This document shows, in pieces, positions 12,601-24,811 of a stretch of 64,000 nucleotides of DNA. The position numbers and the translations under genes are program-made. The notes beneath the pieces were generated by a model. That model was not told the DNA's origin. It did no database searches and worked only from the letters and a program-made list of their open reading frames with translations. Every line of letters begins with the position of its first letter. Position 1 is the first letter of the stretch. The DNA comes from Rhizophagus irregularis (taxonomy: Eukaryota), in contig NC_089433.1 in assembly GCF_026210795.1 (NCBI RefSeq), forward strand, positions 5,332,001 through 5,396,000. Direction: 5' to 3'.

Positions 12601-14690
12601 ATGGTATATGTAATGCAATACACTTTCAACATAAATTCATAGATTGGACTAGTGGTAATAATGATATTGATAAATTTATTCAAGATACCCAGCTATCAGT
12701 TCACAAAGATATTGAAATATCACATGCATTGGAATGGATACCTTATGATAGATTGTATAATATTGTAAAAGATGAATTTGGCAAAATATATCAAGCAAAT
12801 TGGATTGATGGAGAAATAGAGTATTGGGATAATGGAAATTGGAAAAGATATAATCAACATATGTTTGTAGTTCTAGGAAGTTTAAATAACTTAAAGAATA
12901 TTACAACTGAAATTGAAAATGGGGTATAATAAATTTATTAATAAAATTTTGAAGTTTTTAATTTTACTAATATATTTATATTTGTAGGTCTATAAACCTT
13001 GTGGCATAACTCAGGATCCAGAAACGAAAAATTATATCATGGTTTTTAATAATAATAAATGCAAAAAGTGTAATAGAATATGTATTGCAATACACTTTCA
13101 ACATAAATTCATAGATTGGACTAGTGATAATAATAATATTGATAAATTTATTCAAGATACCCAACTATCAGTTCATAATAAAATTGAAATATCACAAGCA
13201 TTAGAATGGGTACCTCATGATAGATTTTATAATATTAATTATATTGCAAAAGGCGGATTTGGCAAAGTGTATAGAGCAAATTGGATTGATGGAAATCTAA
13301 TTAATTGGGATAATGAAAATCAAAATTGGATGAGATATAATCAAAATATGTTTGTAGCTCTAAAAAGTTTGAATAATTCAAAAAATGTTCCATTAGAATT
13401 TATGAATGAGGTATAATATGATTAATTATTTACTATTATTATACCTAAATTATTAATTTTACTATATTTTTTCTTTTGTATAGATTATATTGCATAATAA
13501 AGGAGGCATAGATAATGATTTTATTGTTAGATTTTATGGAATAACTCAAGATCCAGAGACAAAAAATTATATGATGGTTTTAGATTATGCAGAAGGTGGG
13601 AGTTTACGAAATTATTTAGATAAAGAATATAATAAGCATAATTGGGATAAAAAGATTGTTTATTTACGATATATTATAGATGGACTTAAATGTATTCATG
13701 AAAAGGAATTAGTTCACCGAGATTTGCATATTGGAAATATATTAAAGTTTAAAAATAAAACTGCTATAACTGATATGGGATTATGTAAACCTGCAAATTA
13801 TAATGCATTAGAAAATACAAATAATAATATATATGGTGTTTTGCCTTATATTGCTCCTGAGATTTTAAGAGGACAAAATTATTCTAAAGCTGCTGATATT
13901 TATAGTTATGGTATAATTATGTATGAAGTAATTTCCGGATTACCTCCATATTATCATTTAAGCCATGATAATAATTTAGCAATCAAAATTTGTCAAGGTC
14001 TTAGACCAAGGTTTAGCATTGAAGTACCACAATTAATTGTGCAATTAATTAAAAGATGCTTAGATGCCAATCCATTAAATCGACCAATAGCAAAAGAAAT
14101 TAATAGTATTTTATACATATGGAAATATATTTCAACTAATGAACAAAGCAAAATATTACAAGCACAAATTAATAAAATAAACAAATATTCATTAGATAGC
14201 TGCATAACTCCAATTAACTTAGGAATATCAAATAATACACATTCAGGAGCTATTTATACAAGTAGGTTACTTGATTTTAATAGTCTTCCTGAACCAAAAA
14301 ATTCAGACGATTATTATGAGCAATATGATAATATTATAAGCAAGGAATTTTCAGGTATTATTAATTGTTTTATTATCTTAAATATAAATCAGGTTTAAAT
14401 ATACTAATAAACTTTTATTAAATAGATTCTTTACAAATCGATATATCTCAATTAAATAATACACATTCAGGAGCTATTTATACAAGTAGGTTACTTGATT
14501 TTAATAGTCTTCCTGAACCAAAAAATTCAGACGATTATTATGAGCAATATGATAATATTATAAGCAAGGAATTTTCAGGTATTATTAATTGTTTTATTAT
14601 CTTAAATATAAATCAGGTTTAAATATACTAATAAACTTTTATTAAATAGATTCTTTACAAATCGATATATCTCAATTAAATATTAATTAA
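9615..14690 (+). CDS. TKL protein kinase with 8 tandem N-lobe modules (gene A)
   Basis: Exons 9615-10043, 10109-10531, 10597-11022, 11090-11515, 11581-11982, 12049-12450, 12516-12923, 12988-13410, 13484-14354, 14426-14578, 14650-14690; all GT-AG and frame-compatible. Final module has KGGFGKV and VALK; C-lobe has HRDLHIGN, DMG, APE. Confidence 0.9.
14230..14682 (+). repeat. 224-bp tandem duplication of exon end + intron + next exon start
   Basis: TCAGGTATT at 14351 and 14575; copies identical by eye; absent from paralog gene B. Confidence 0.9.
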
Positions 14691-16099
14691 GATGCAAGAT
14701 TTCAATTTAATTATTTGTATTCAATATATTATTTTATTTTTTTTTTTTTAGGTGCAAAAAAACGAATATAACATTATTATATACTGATATTACTATGTTT
14801 TTTTGTAAATCATTACAATTTAAAATTCTGTTTAACATAGATTTCTTAACATTGACGTTAAAATACAGTATTTTGAAATTAGAGTCAGTGAGAATTGCGC
14901 TAAATAGGATTTAAATTTTAACGACCATTTTTTTTTAAATTATATATTTATTTTATATTTGTTAGTTAAATAAAATTTTCAAATTTAAGCAATTATAAGA
15001 TGTTTGGCTTATCATTTTTCAAGTTCAATTCACAATTGTAATAAAAAAGAGAAAGAAATTTTTTTTGATTCTGTCCTGGTAAACTGGCGAATATCCATCA
15101 CTCCTCTGAAATAGATTTAATTATATAGTGAGCGATTTCAACTTCATAATTGTACAAGATCAGCCCCAAAGAAACTGCAGACATAGCCACCTGGTCACAT
15201 GTCAACGTTCAAAATTAAATAAACAAGATCAGAACGATCCTAAGGATAAAATATACAAGGTTAGAACAAATAATCAAATGAAAGATGAAGAAAAAACAAC
15301 TGGTTAGTTGCTATAAAGTGTAATGAAAATAGATTCTGAAATTCTAAAAAACCTAAAACATAATCATTTACTAGGGTACCAATGTTGAAAACCTATAAAA
15401 AAAAATGGTTATAAGGAACTGTAGCAATAAAAAAAGAAAACGAATATATTAAAAAAAGCTTACCTCTAGGAATATAAAAAGAATAGGAAAGGACGTTAAA
15501 AAATTATCCATATTTGATGAACAATCAGGTAGTATCACCAGAGTTACTATTCCACCCGGGTTAAAACTAGATATATTCAAAATTAGTAAGATACTATTGG
15601 AATTTGGATACATTGAGTGAACTTATTTTTAAAAGTATATTTATATTTTATTAAATTATTGAAATTATTGAAAAATAGTATTTATACAAATAGATACACA
15701 GAGTTACCAATTCTATTAACATTGCATTATCCACTTTTATTACATCTTGATCAAAAGAGCAAATTTCTAAATTTTGACAAGAAATGTTTTTTTTTTTTTT
15801 TTTTTGAAAAAAAAAATAATAATTGTCTAACAGCTTTATCCATCATTAATGGTAAATTAAAAAATAAAAATATTTGTTATAATATTTTAAACTAAATTCT
15901 GAAGTTTATATACACAATAACCAAAGTTCACCAAACCTATTTAGAAACTTTACTCAGCTAAATAACAGACTGTTTGCTCAAACTCTAAAAATATAAACTT
16001 GTATTTGATTACGTAATGTTATTATCAAATACTCAACAGATGTAGAAACAATTTCATTAATAGAGAAAATAGAAGACACCTTCGATTACGCTTGCTAAG

Positions 16100-16740
16100 T
16101 AGTATTTATTAAAATATTTTGTCAAATTTAATATATGGTAATATACGTTAGCGATAGTAGTAATTATTTTTTTTTTTCATTTTTAGTTGATGATTTCAAT
16201 AATTCAAATTATACTAGTAAATCTAAAACAAGCAGTTAAATTAAAAGTAATTATTTATTTTATTACTTATATACTATTACTTAATTTATTTTTGAATATT
16301 AACCTATTTCTTAATTTTGAGTCTTAGTAAAAGTTTTAAAAGTATTTAAAACCCTGGATATAAATTCTATATTTGTTGCAGAAAATTTTATTAAATATAC
16401 TATAATACTAATCAAAAAAAAATGTTTAACATTCAAAATAATCATAAAAGGATAGGAAATTATGCAACTGCAGATTAAATGACAAAACATTGATATTGAT
16501 GGTATTAAAATGAACGAATTTTAAACATTAATGTCTTTATATTGATTTCAACCAACACAGTATTTGGTTTGATGAAATTTATATATCTTTTACAAATTAT
16601 ATATTTTGGAATTATTTAAACACTAAGGAAATTTCTTAGTTTGTAATTTAAATAATTTTCTTATATTCATAAATCTATTAAATATGTAAATATATAAATT
16701 ATTAACAGAATTATCTCATTATAAAATATGTTTAATGTAA
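16100..16740 (+). pseudogene. Relic 3' exons/UTR of a kinase paralogous to the gene at 22205
   Basis: Colinear similarity to ~23880-24560 (TTTTAGTTGATGATT...TCAAATTA...CTAGTA.ATCTAAAACAAG; AAAGGATAGGAAA...TGCAACT); splice sites decayed. Confidence 0.75.
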
Positions 16741-17107
16741 TTAATGCGTATTGTTTAAATAAAGTCGTCAACTGAAGTCTAATAATTTTAATTAAAAAAA
16801 TAACTTTTGTTCTATTTTTAATAAAAATGTTTTAAATATTTATCTAATAGAATGTAACAATAATAAACTACTTCATTACAGTTACATATTAAAAAATTCT
16901 TCAAAGGATTATTTTATTATATTTGTACATTTCTAACTTAAAAACCTCCAAAATAAAAATTAGGTACTTAACAAACTAAATATACCAAATTAAAAAAATG
17001 AAATAAAAGTTAGTGTTATTCAAATCAATGAAATAACCGACAGTCTTTTACATATTTCTTATCATAGGCAGTAAAGTTACATAATTTAACTAGTAATTAT
17101 TACTAAT

Positions 17108-17421
17108 TAGTCTAATCTCGATATAAAAACGAACTCACAATGTAACAAATTCTCAACTTACCGAACTTTTTCTTAAAAAGCCAGTTTCATATTATTTAAA
17201 AAAATCTCAATATACCGATTTTCATATAAAGCTTGATATAACAGTGATATAACATTTACCGAACTTTATGATTTACTGTTTATAAAGTATATAAAAAATT
17301 CTCGAACTGTGATCACGTGGTTTAAATTTCATATTCTTAATCACGTGACAGATTTACTTGAAGCTCGGTATATAAAAAACTTATGAACCATGAGTTCAGT
17401 CGGTATATCGAGATTTGACTG
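17108..17421. mobile_element. Tc1/mariner(pogo)-type MITE
   Basis: Imperfect TIRs TAGTCTAATCTCGATATA / TATATCGAGATTTGACTG followed by TA. Confidence 0.6.
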
Positions 17422-19182
17422 TATCCAAATATAAAATTTTCTCACTAAAAGTATGAATCTCATTAATAATACAAAAGATTTAAAAATTTCTACTATCTTA
17501 TATTTAATTACAAATGTGATATCTAACAAAAATTTTACATTTTTCCATTTTTCGAAATATTTTTATAAAAAGTTCTAGATTATTACTAGCCGCAACCTGT
17601 TGCGTTATGATCTTATAATATTAACATATTTTTTTTATTTTAAGTAAGAAAAAAAATATATTTATTCTAACTAAAAAAAATCAAAGTATATTTATTCAAT
17701 AAAAAAGTATTTTATTTCCGATCAAAACCTAAGAGGTGAAAAACGAAAAAAAAGAAAAAAAAATTAGTAAAATAATTAAAATAATAAGAAAAAAAATTAT
17801 TAAAATAAAAATCATACTTACTGTAGGATTGCAGACTTGCAGTGTTAGTGCGTCAGTCTAACCTGTGAATTTTCTTCCTTTTCTTTAGTTGTTTTAATCT
17901 ATAAAAACGAATTATTAAAGTAAATTGTTAATATTATTAGTAAAATTAACCATGTAGTAAGCAAGTTAATGTAAATGAGTACCTAGACTGGGTTTAGTGA
18001 AATTTATTTTTTCTATGGATTCTAGGAAATAAAAAATAATTGTACGTTAAAGGTCCAATCACTGATCTAGATCTAAGCCTAAAAGACGAAATAAATAATA
18101 ACGATAATATCTATATATAAAAAAAAAATTACATAAAAACATATTTGTATAGATTATTATAAAGAGAAAAAAACCAGGATGAAAAATATTGAAAATTTAA
18201 AAAATTTTTATTAAATCTCGGTTTTAAAAAATAAAAAAAAAATATTAAATATTATAAGAATCCGGTCTAAACAAAAAGAAACCAAAAAAAATATTAAAAA
18301 AAATGATCCAGTCTAAAAAAAAACTGAAAAAAAGATCCAGTCCCAAAAAAAGGAGACCAAAAAAAAATATTATTAAAAAAAAAAAAAGATATAGTCTAAA
18401 AAGGCCGAAAAAAAATATTATTAAATAAAAAAAAGATCCAGTCTAACTGAAAAAAAATCCACATTCGGATAGTTACGGTAATCGATCTGCTGGCAGCAGA
18501 TTGAAAGGGTGGGTGGGAATGGCCAAAAATGAAACATTATTAGTAAAACAAATTAAGTTTTTTTCGTTAATTAGCAAAAAAAACTATTTGATTAAACTTT
18601 CATTAACCGGAACTGTATTAGTGATCAGATTGGCCATCGAATGTACACATGACCCACTAATAATTATGGAATAGATCAGCCGCAGATGTGCTGTTTAGCT
18701 CATATTAAAAGTTATTAAAAAAGATTTTTGTGAACCATCCGGATGAATTTCCTTATTGCACTTTTCTAAAAATGATTCTTTTTATTAAAAATGCAATTTT
18801 TATAATATATGATATTTTGCTTTATAAACAGAAATATTCTTATTCTTTATTATTTGTTAAATAGTATAACCATTAATTAATGGCTTAAGTGCCTAATAGT
18901 TTATTAAAAAGATATCGATGCAACTTTAATACCAAATGGTTGTGGCTGAATATTTTGAAATGATGATTCCTCCCTATTGTTATTGATTAAAAAAAATATA
19001 ATTTAAAATAAGAATACTACTAATATTAAAAAAATAATATTATTTAAAACCTGTTGCGGCCTATTGTTATTGACAAAAAAAAAAATATAATTTTTTAATA
19101 AAAATCGGCGTGCCCATTGTTATCGGGACAAAAAATAAAAAAAAAATTTAATTGCAGTTTATTTTAAAAAAATTGACCATAT

Positions 19183-20489
19183 CAGAATTTAATATAGGCT
19201 CTTATATTTTTGCGAAATGAACTTGATTCAAAACTTGATGAAGTATATAAATCTAGAAAATATGATGGTAGTTCAAGTAGAGGTAGTAAACTGACTTTAC
19301 TACCAGCACAGCACATTGCGAAAGATGGAAAAGTTTGGCTGCTATTATGGTTTCTTTCGTCTATCCAAAATTTAGCACCACAATGAGTGCAAATCTGACT
19401 AATCCTTCCCAGTAGTGCTTCGATCCGTGCACGGATAAAACCGCGGTATCCGGATATCCGAAAAAAAAAATAGCTATCCGGATACCGCGGTTTTATCCGG
19501 ATAAAATATCCGGATAGAAAATATCCGGTTTGAACCGTTATCCGGATAAAAAAAATTATAAAATATTTTTTTTAATCATTTAAATTACCTTATTTATTGA
19601 AATTATTATCTATTAAATTACCATTTGTTAAAATCATAATCTATCTTACTAAAATTACTAGTAGAATATTCAATGGTCGGTAGTAATTCAGGCCATCTAT
19701 AATGCCAGCCCGAATTTTGTGAATTGATATTTGTCAAGAGGCAGCAGTATCCGGCCCAGCTTAACAAAATTTGGGATTTTTGTAATTTTGGCCGCCATTA
19801 TATGTTTGGCCCAAATTACTGTTGATCCATGATTTAAAAAAAAAGATTTTTTCTAATAGTTAGGCTGAATTGATTAATTTTATGTTACAAAATGGTATAT
19901 AAATATAATAAAAATAATTAATTTATGCCTAATCTTCCATTATTTTACGATTTTAATGTGCTTTTTATATTTATAATAATGTATTTATTGCGAAATTTTA
20001 CGTTTCTCAAATTTTCAAAAAATTGACATAATTCAGGCAAAATTCGTAGTGCCGGCCGAAATTAAAATTTTATTTTATTTAAAATTAATAAAATGTCACT
20101 AATTTCGTTAAAAATATTAAGTCAAAATTTAATTAAGTTAATGCCACTGATATTATTTGTTAAGATCGATCAATGAAAAAAATTATTTATATATAATCTT
20201 ATCCGGGTTTCGGTTTCTATCCGGATATATCCGGATTTATATCCGAACCGGATAATCCGGATAAAACCCGGATAATTTTTTTAATTTATCCGGATAACGG
20301 TTTCTACCCGGATCGAAGCACTACTTCCCAGGTCATGATGCTCTATGTTAATATACTGCCTATCTATAAGGCTTATACCCAATTTATGTTTGGTCTTTTT
20401 TTGCCTCTTTTCATAGTGATAATGTGCTTGTCTTTAATTATGTAATCTCTTTTTACGTTGTTCAGGTGCTTCACCTTCAAATATTTCCT
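19183..20489 (-). pseudogene. Helitron RepHel N-terminal (Cys-rich) fragment, split by a hAT MITE
   Basis: Removing 19413-20331 gives HDLGRISQICTHCGAKFWIDE...PSFAMCCAGSKVSL...FRKNIRAY, the typical RepHel N-terminal pattern; one in-frame stop upstream. Confidence 0.8.
19413..20323. mobile_element. hAT-type MITE
   Basis: TIR TAGTGCTTCGATCC / GGATCGAAGCACTA; 8-bp TSD CTTCCCAG at 19405-19412 and 20324-20331; many subterminal TATCCGGATA motifs. Confidence 0.92.
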
Positions 20490-22204
20490 GGAAAAAGACA
20501 TAGATTTTAGTATTAACGATATTAATAATATTACACATTATATTTGTAGAAATTGTATTTTTATTTTTACATAAAAAAAGTATCATAGTAACATCATTAT
20601 ATATAAATTTTCTTTATTAGCATTAATATTATAGTTAATAATAAAAAAACAATATTTAAATAAGTATTATTATATAGTCATATTAATTAAATGTATTTCA
20701 TTTTAGTTATATAGATTCAAATAAAGAAACAATATATTTATTTCAATTATTTCGCGGAAATGATCTTGTAGTAAAAAAAAAATCCTAAATTTACCAATAA
20801 GAAAAAAAGAAACAAAAAAAAGGTGCTTACCGTTGCCTGCAGAACCGATCCGATCACCCGATCCAAACCTAAATGGTGAAAAATTCGGTTGGAAAAAAAA
20901 GTCAAACTGAAAAAAGAAAAAGTGAAAAAAAATTTTTCGGATTGGAAAAAAAGCCAAAGCCAACCCGAGAAAAGAAAAATGTTTAAAGAATTCGAAAAAA
21001 AAAACCGAAAAAAAAAATTGGGAAAGAGAAAAATCGGTTGAAAAAAGAAACCGAAAGGTAAAAAGAAAGAAAAAATAAAAAGAAAAAAAGAAAAAAAACC
21101 AAAAAAAAATTTGGGGGAAATAAGAAGGATAAACAAAGAAATTGGTTAGAAAAAAGGGAAATTTCTGAAAGAAAGGAATCCGAAAAAAAAAATAAGTATT
21201 GAAAAAAAATTCTGAATAATTCGGTCTAAAAAGATCGAAATTTTTTTTTTTAAAAAAAAATAATATAAAAAAAAATCGGTCTTAAAAGGCCGAAACAATA
21301 GGATTATTTAATAAAAAAAAAATTTATTCTGTTTGGGAAAAAAAATTAAACCTAAATGGAAAAAGAATGAGAAAAACAAATTTTTCGATTTGAAGCTAAA
21401 AAAATATTTGAAAAAAAAATCGAAAATAATCAACAAAAAAATTTCCGATTAACGTTAACTGTTAAGGTAAAAATCTCATTAACTGAAATTGGATTAAATA
21501 GATCAGGTGGAGGCATGTCACGATTGTCACGGGTTTTAATTATATGGAATGGGATTTTAAGTTACATAATTCTAATTATTTATACGGAGACTAATCCAAA
21601 CGTCAGACTAGTTATATAGATTTAGAAGTTTCAATTAATTGTCTATAAATCCTCTTAAATTTTAGTATTCATAACAAATAGATTCGATTTTCTCTTTTTT
21701 TGGACATTTTTTTTGATTTTTTTAGAAAAATATTAATCAAAAAAAAAATAAGCGACAGAAAAAAAACAGGAAGTTTTAAGAAATAAATATATTTTTTTCT
21801 CGTAGACGATCATACGCCTTAAGTATCTGTTTATGTTGATCAAATACAAAACCTCTTCGTATGATGATAGTCATGATACGATTATGACCCTAAGAATGAG
21901 TTCAAGATTTGTTATACAAAAATTTCTACAATACAAAAATATTTATTTTAAGCAATTTTTTTTAAAAAAGTTTCTATTTTAAAACTTTTATATTATTTTT
22001 AAAACTTCGTGTGTAAAAATAAATATGCATGTTCATTGATGCGCCAGATGCGGTGATGCAGTGTCACTCTGTCATGTGGTATATCAATAGAAATTCAGCC
22101 GTTACACCATCAATTTGTATATAATTTGTATAACTTCGGTTTATTTGGTTTTTTTTTGCACCCCGTTTAAACAAATTCATATAAAAAAACATTCTATAAT
22201 CATT

Positions 22205-24140
22205 ATGTCTACCATTCGAATGAAACAAGTTAGTCAAGCAATTAATAGAGCATGGGCATCACTTGATTATAATACTCACGGAGGCTTACATGCTACATAT
22301 GAATATATACGACAAACAATTCTTAATGATAGCTCTCTTACAGATGATGAAAAAACTGAAGCAATAAGAGAAAGTAATAAAGATTATGACCGAGATAAGA
22401 TTAGATGTAATATAGGAACAAGAAGAATTTGTGAAAATTGTAATCAAAAATGTTTGGCTACATTATATTGCGAATATTGTGTTCAAAATTATTTAAAAGC
22501 AAGATTTTCAAATTGGACGTCTGGAAGTAATGATATTGACAACTTAATACAAAAATGTCAATTGGAAACTCATGAACCGGCAATGATAGTAGAATGGATC
22601 CCATATAATAATTTACAAAATATTAAACATCTAACTAAAGGGGGATTCTCTGATATTTATACAGCAAATTGGATTGACGGATATTATATTGAATGGGATA
22701 CTAAAAAGCAACAATTAACAAGATTCGGAACTCAGCATGTAGCACTTAAAGAATTAGTAAATGTTGAAGGTGCAAGTCAAATTTGGTTTGAAGAGGTTTG
22801 TAATCTAATGACTTTTATTTAAACTTTTTTTAATTATTATCAATAAATTTAAAATATACTTCCATAGGCCAAATCTCATTTAAATATAAGCAATAAATAT
22901 CCAAGAATTGTCAAGTGTTGTGGTTTAACTCAAAATCCATCAAATGGAAATTATATGCTTGTATTAAATTGGAGGGATGCAAATTTAAGAGAATATTTAC
23001 AACGAAATCATAGTCGACTTACGTGGAAAGAAAGAATTAAAATCGTTTTTTCAATAATTGATGCGCTTCGTTGGATTCATAAAGAGAATTCGATTCATAG
23101 AGATTTGCATTCTGGAAATGTATTATATTCACAATATGCAGATTCTTGGTGTATTAGTGATCTTGGATTTTGTGGTCCTGCAGATAAATCATCAAAAAGT
23201 ATATATGGAAATCTTCCTTACATAGCGCCCGAAGTTATTTCTGGAAGAAAGTATTCTTTTGCATCTGATATTTATAGTATTGGTATACTTATGTGGGAAA
23301 TTTCGTCTGGACAACTTCCTTTTTGTAATTATGAACATGATTATAACCTTGCAATGAACATAGTTAATGGCGTAAGACCAAGAATAGTACCAGGAACTCC
23401 CTTAGAATATGAAAATTTAATTAAACAATGTTGGGATGCTGATTCACTAAAAAGACCTAACATTAATACACTTTTGTATGAAATTAGTGAAATTAATGCA
23501 TCATTTCAAAATGTGTCAAATGAATCACAAGCAAATAATAATTTAAACAAAAGTAACTTAGAAAAAAATTATACTAGTAAAATGTTATTTACAAGTAAAG
23601 TCCATCAATTTGAAAATTTTCCTGAACCAAGGAATGCGACAAAAGGTATAATTACATTATATATTTATTGGATTTTTATCAATGTTATTTTTATTAATAT
23701 TATTTCCTTAATTATACAATATGATAACAGAAGAACAAGAAGGTAACGCCAATTTAATGGGTTTATCTAAAATTGATCTATTAATAAATTGATTTGTTTA
23801 TTATAATAACTTAAAATATTACTTATTTATAACAGCATTTTATAGTAAATCGTATGACTTAAACATTCCTGATAACTGTAAGTATTTTTTAAAATATTTC
23901 GTCAAATTTTAATGTATGTTAATATTTATTAATAATATTTTTTCATTTTTTCCCATTTTTAGTTGATGATTCCAACTCAAATTACGCTAGTACATCTAAA
24001 ACAAGTAGAAAATTAAAAGGTAGTCATTTATTTTATATATTATTTGATTTATTTGATGTATTAATCTAATTTCTTAATTTTAGGATTTAGTAAAAGATTG
24101 TCTAAAATATTTAAACCCCTGAATCTAAATTCAAAAAATG
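22205..24140 (+). CDS. TKL protein kinase with a single N-lobe (gene C); last exon uncertain
   Basis: Exons 22205-22795, 22868-23645, 23731-23742, 23836-23877, 23963-24019, 24084-24140. Motifs CENC..CEYC, WTSG, KGGFS, VALK, HRDLHSGN, DLG, APE. The next acceptor (~24220) reads TG, not AG. Confidence 0.88.
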
Positions 24141-24811
24141 GTAAGTAAATATACAGTATTAATGCATTTTATATTGTTAGTACAAGCGTTTTATTAAATA
24201 TAATTTAAAAAAAAAAATTGATATTCAAAAATGATTAAATGATTATAAAGGGATAGGAAACAATGCAACTACAGGCTGAATGACGTAAATTGATATTGAT
24301 ATTAGGTGAGATATTTTTTTATATTAATATCTTTATATTGATTTCACTTCATAATTAAATTAAAGTTTTAATGAGTAATTATAATTAGTTTGTTTATTAC
24401 TTTACAGATTATATGTCTCATTTTATTTTGGAATTTTTTTAAACACTAAGACTAGAGTACAGTATAAAGAAATCTCTTAGTTTGTAATTTAAATAATTCT
24501 CCTATATTTATATAAATTTAAAATTATTAATATATAAATTATCAACTTATCTCAGTTTAAATAACATAATGTAAATGGTATATTTATGATATCTAACAAA
24601 TATTTTGTATTTTATCCTCAATTGAAATATCTTTTATAAAACATTCTAGATTATTATTTAGGAGTTTCAACTTTCAATTAATTGCCTGTAAGTCCTCTTA
24701 AATTTAGTAGTATTAATAATTCAAAAAGGAAAATTTTAAGATATAAGAAATAAAATTATGTCAAGTGCGAACGCTTTTTAGTATTAATTTATGTAGATCA
24801 AATACAAAATC

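Larger units (their letters stand above)
17586..21620 (-). mobile_element. Non-autonomous Helitron
   Basis: Minus strand starts TCTATATAA (21620) and ends with hairpin CGCAACAGGTTGCG then CTAG (17586). Inserted between A and T without TSD. Empty paralogous site TCTAGATTATTA|TTTAGGAGTTTCAA at ~24645-24670. Internal RepHel fragment. Confidence 0.9.

Noticed and set aside
9615..13416. Treating the 118-144-aa ORFs as separate small genes or as a CRISPR-like array
   Set aside because: Each ORF's apparent end (GTATAA/GTATGA) is a splice donor, and in-frame acceptors follow; they are exons of one gene.
20703..21136. Phe-rich ORFs (similarly 50369-50740, and the Lys-rich ORF 3564-3839)
   Set aside because: Artefacts of A/T homopolymer tracts.
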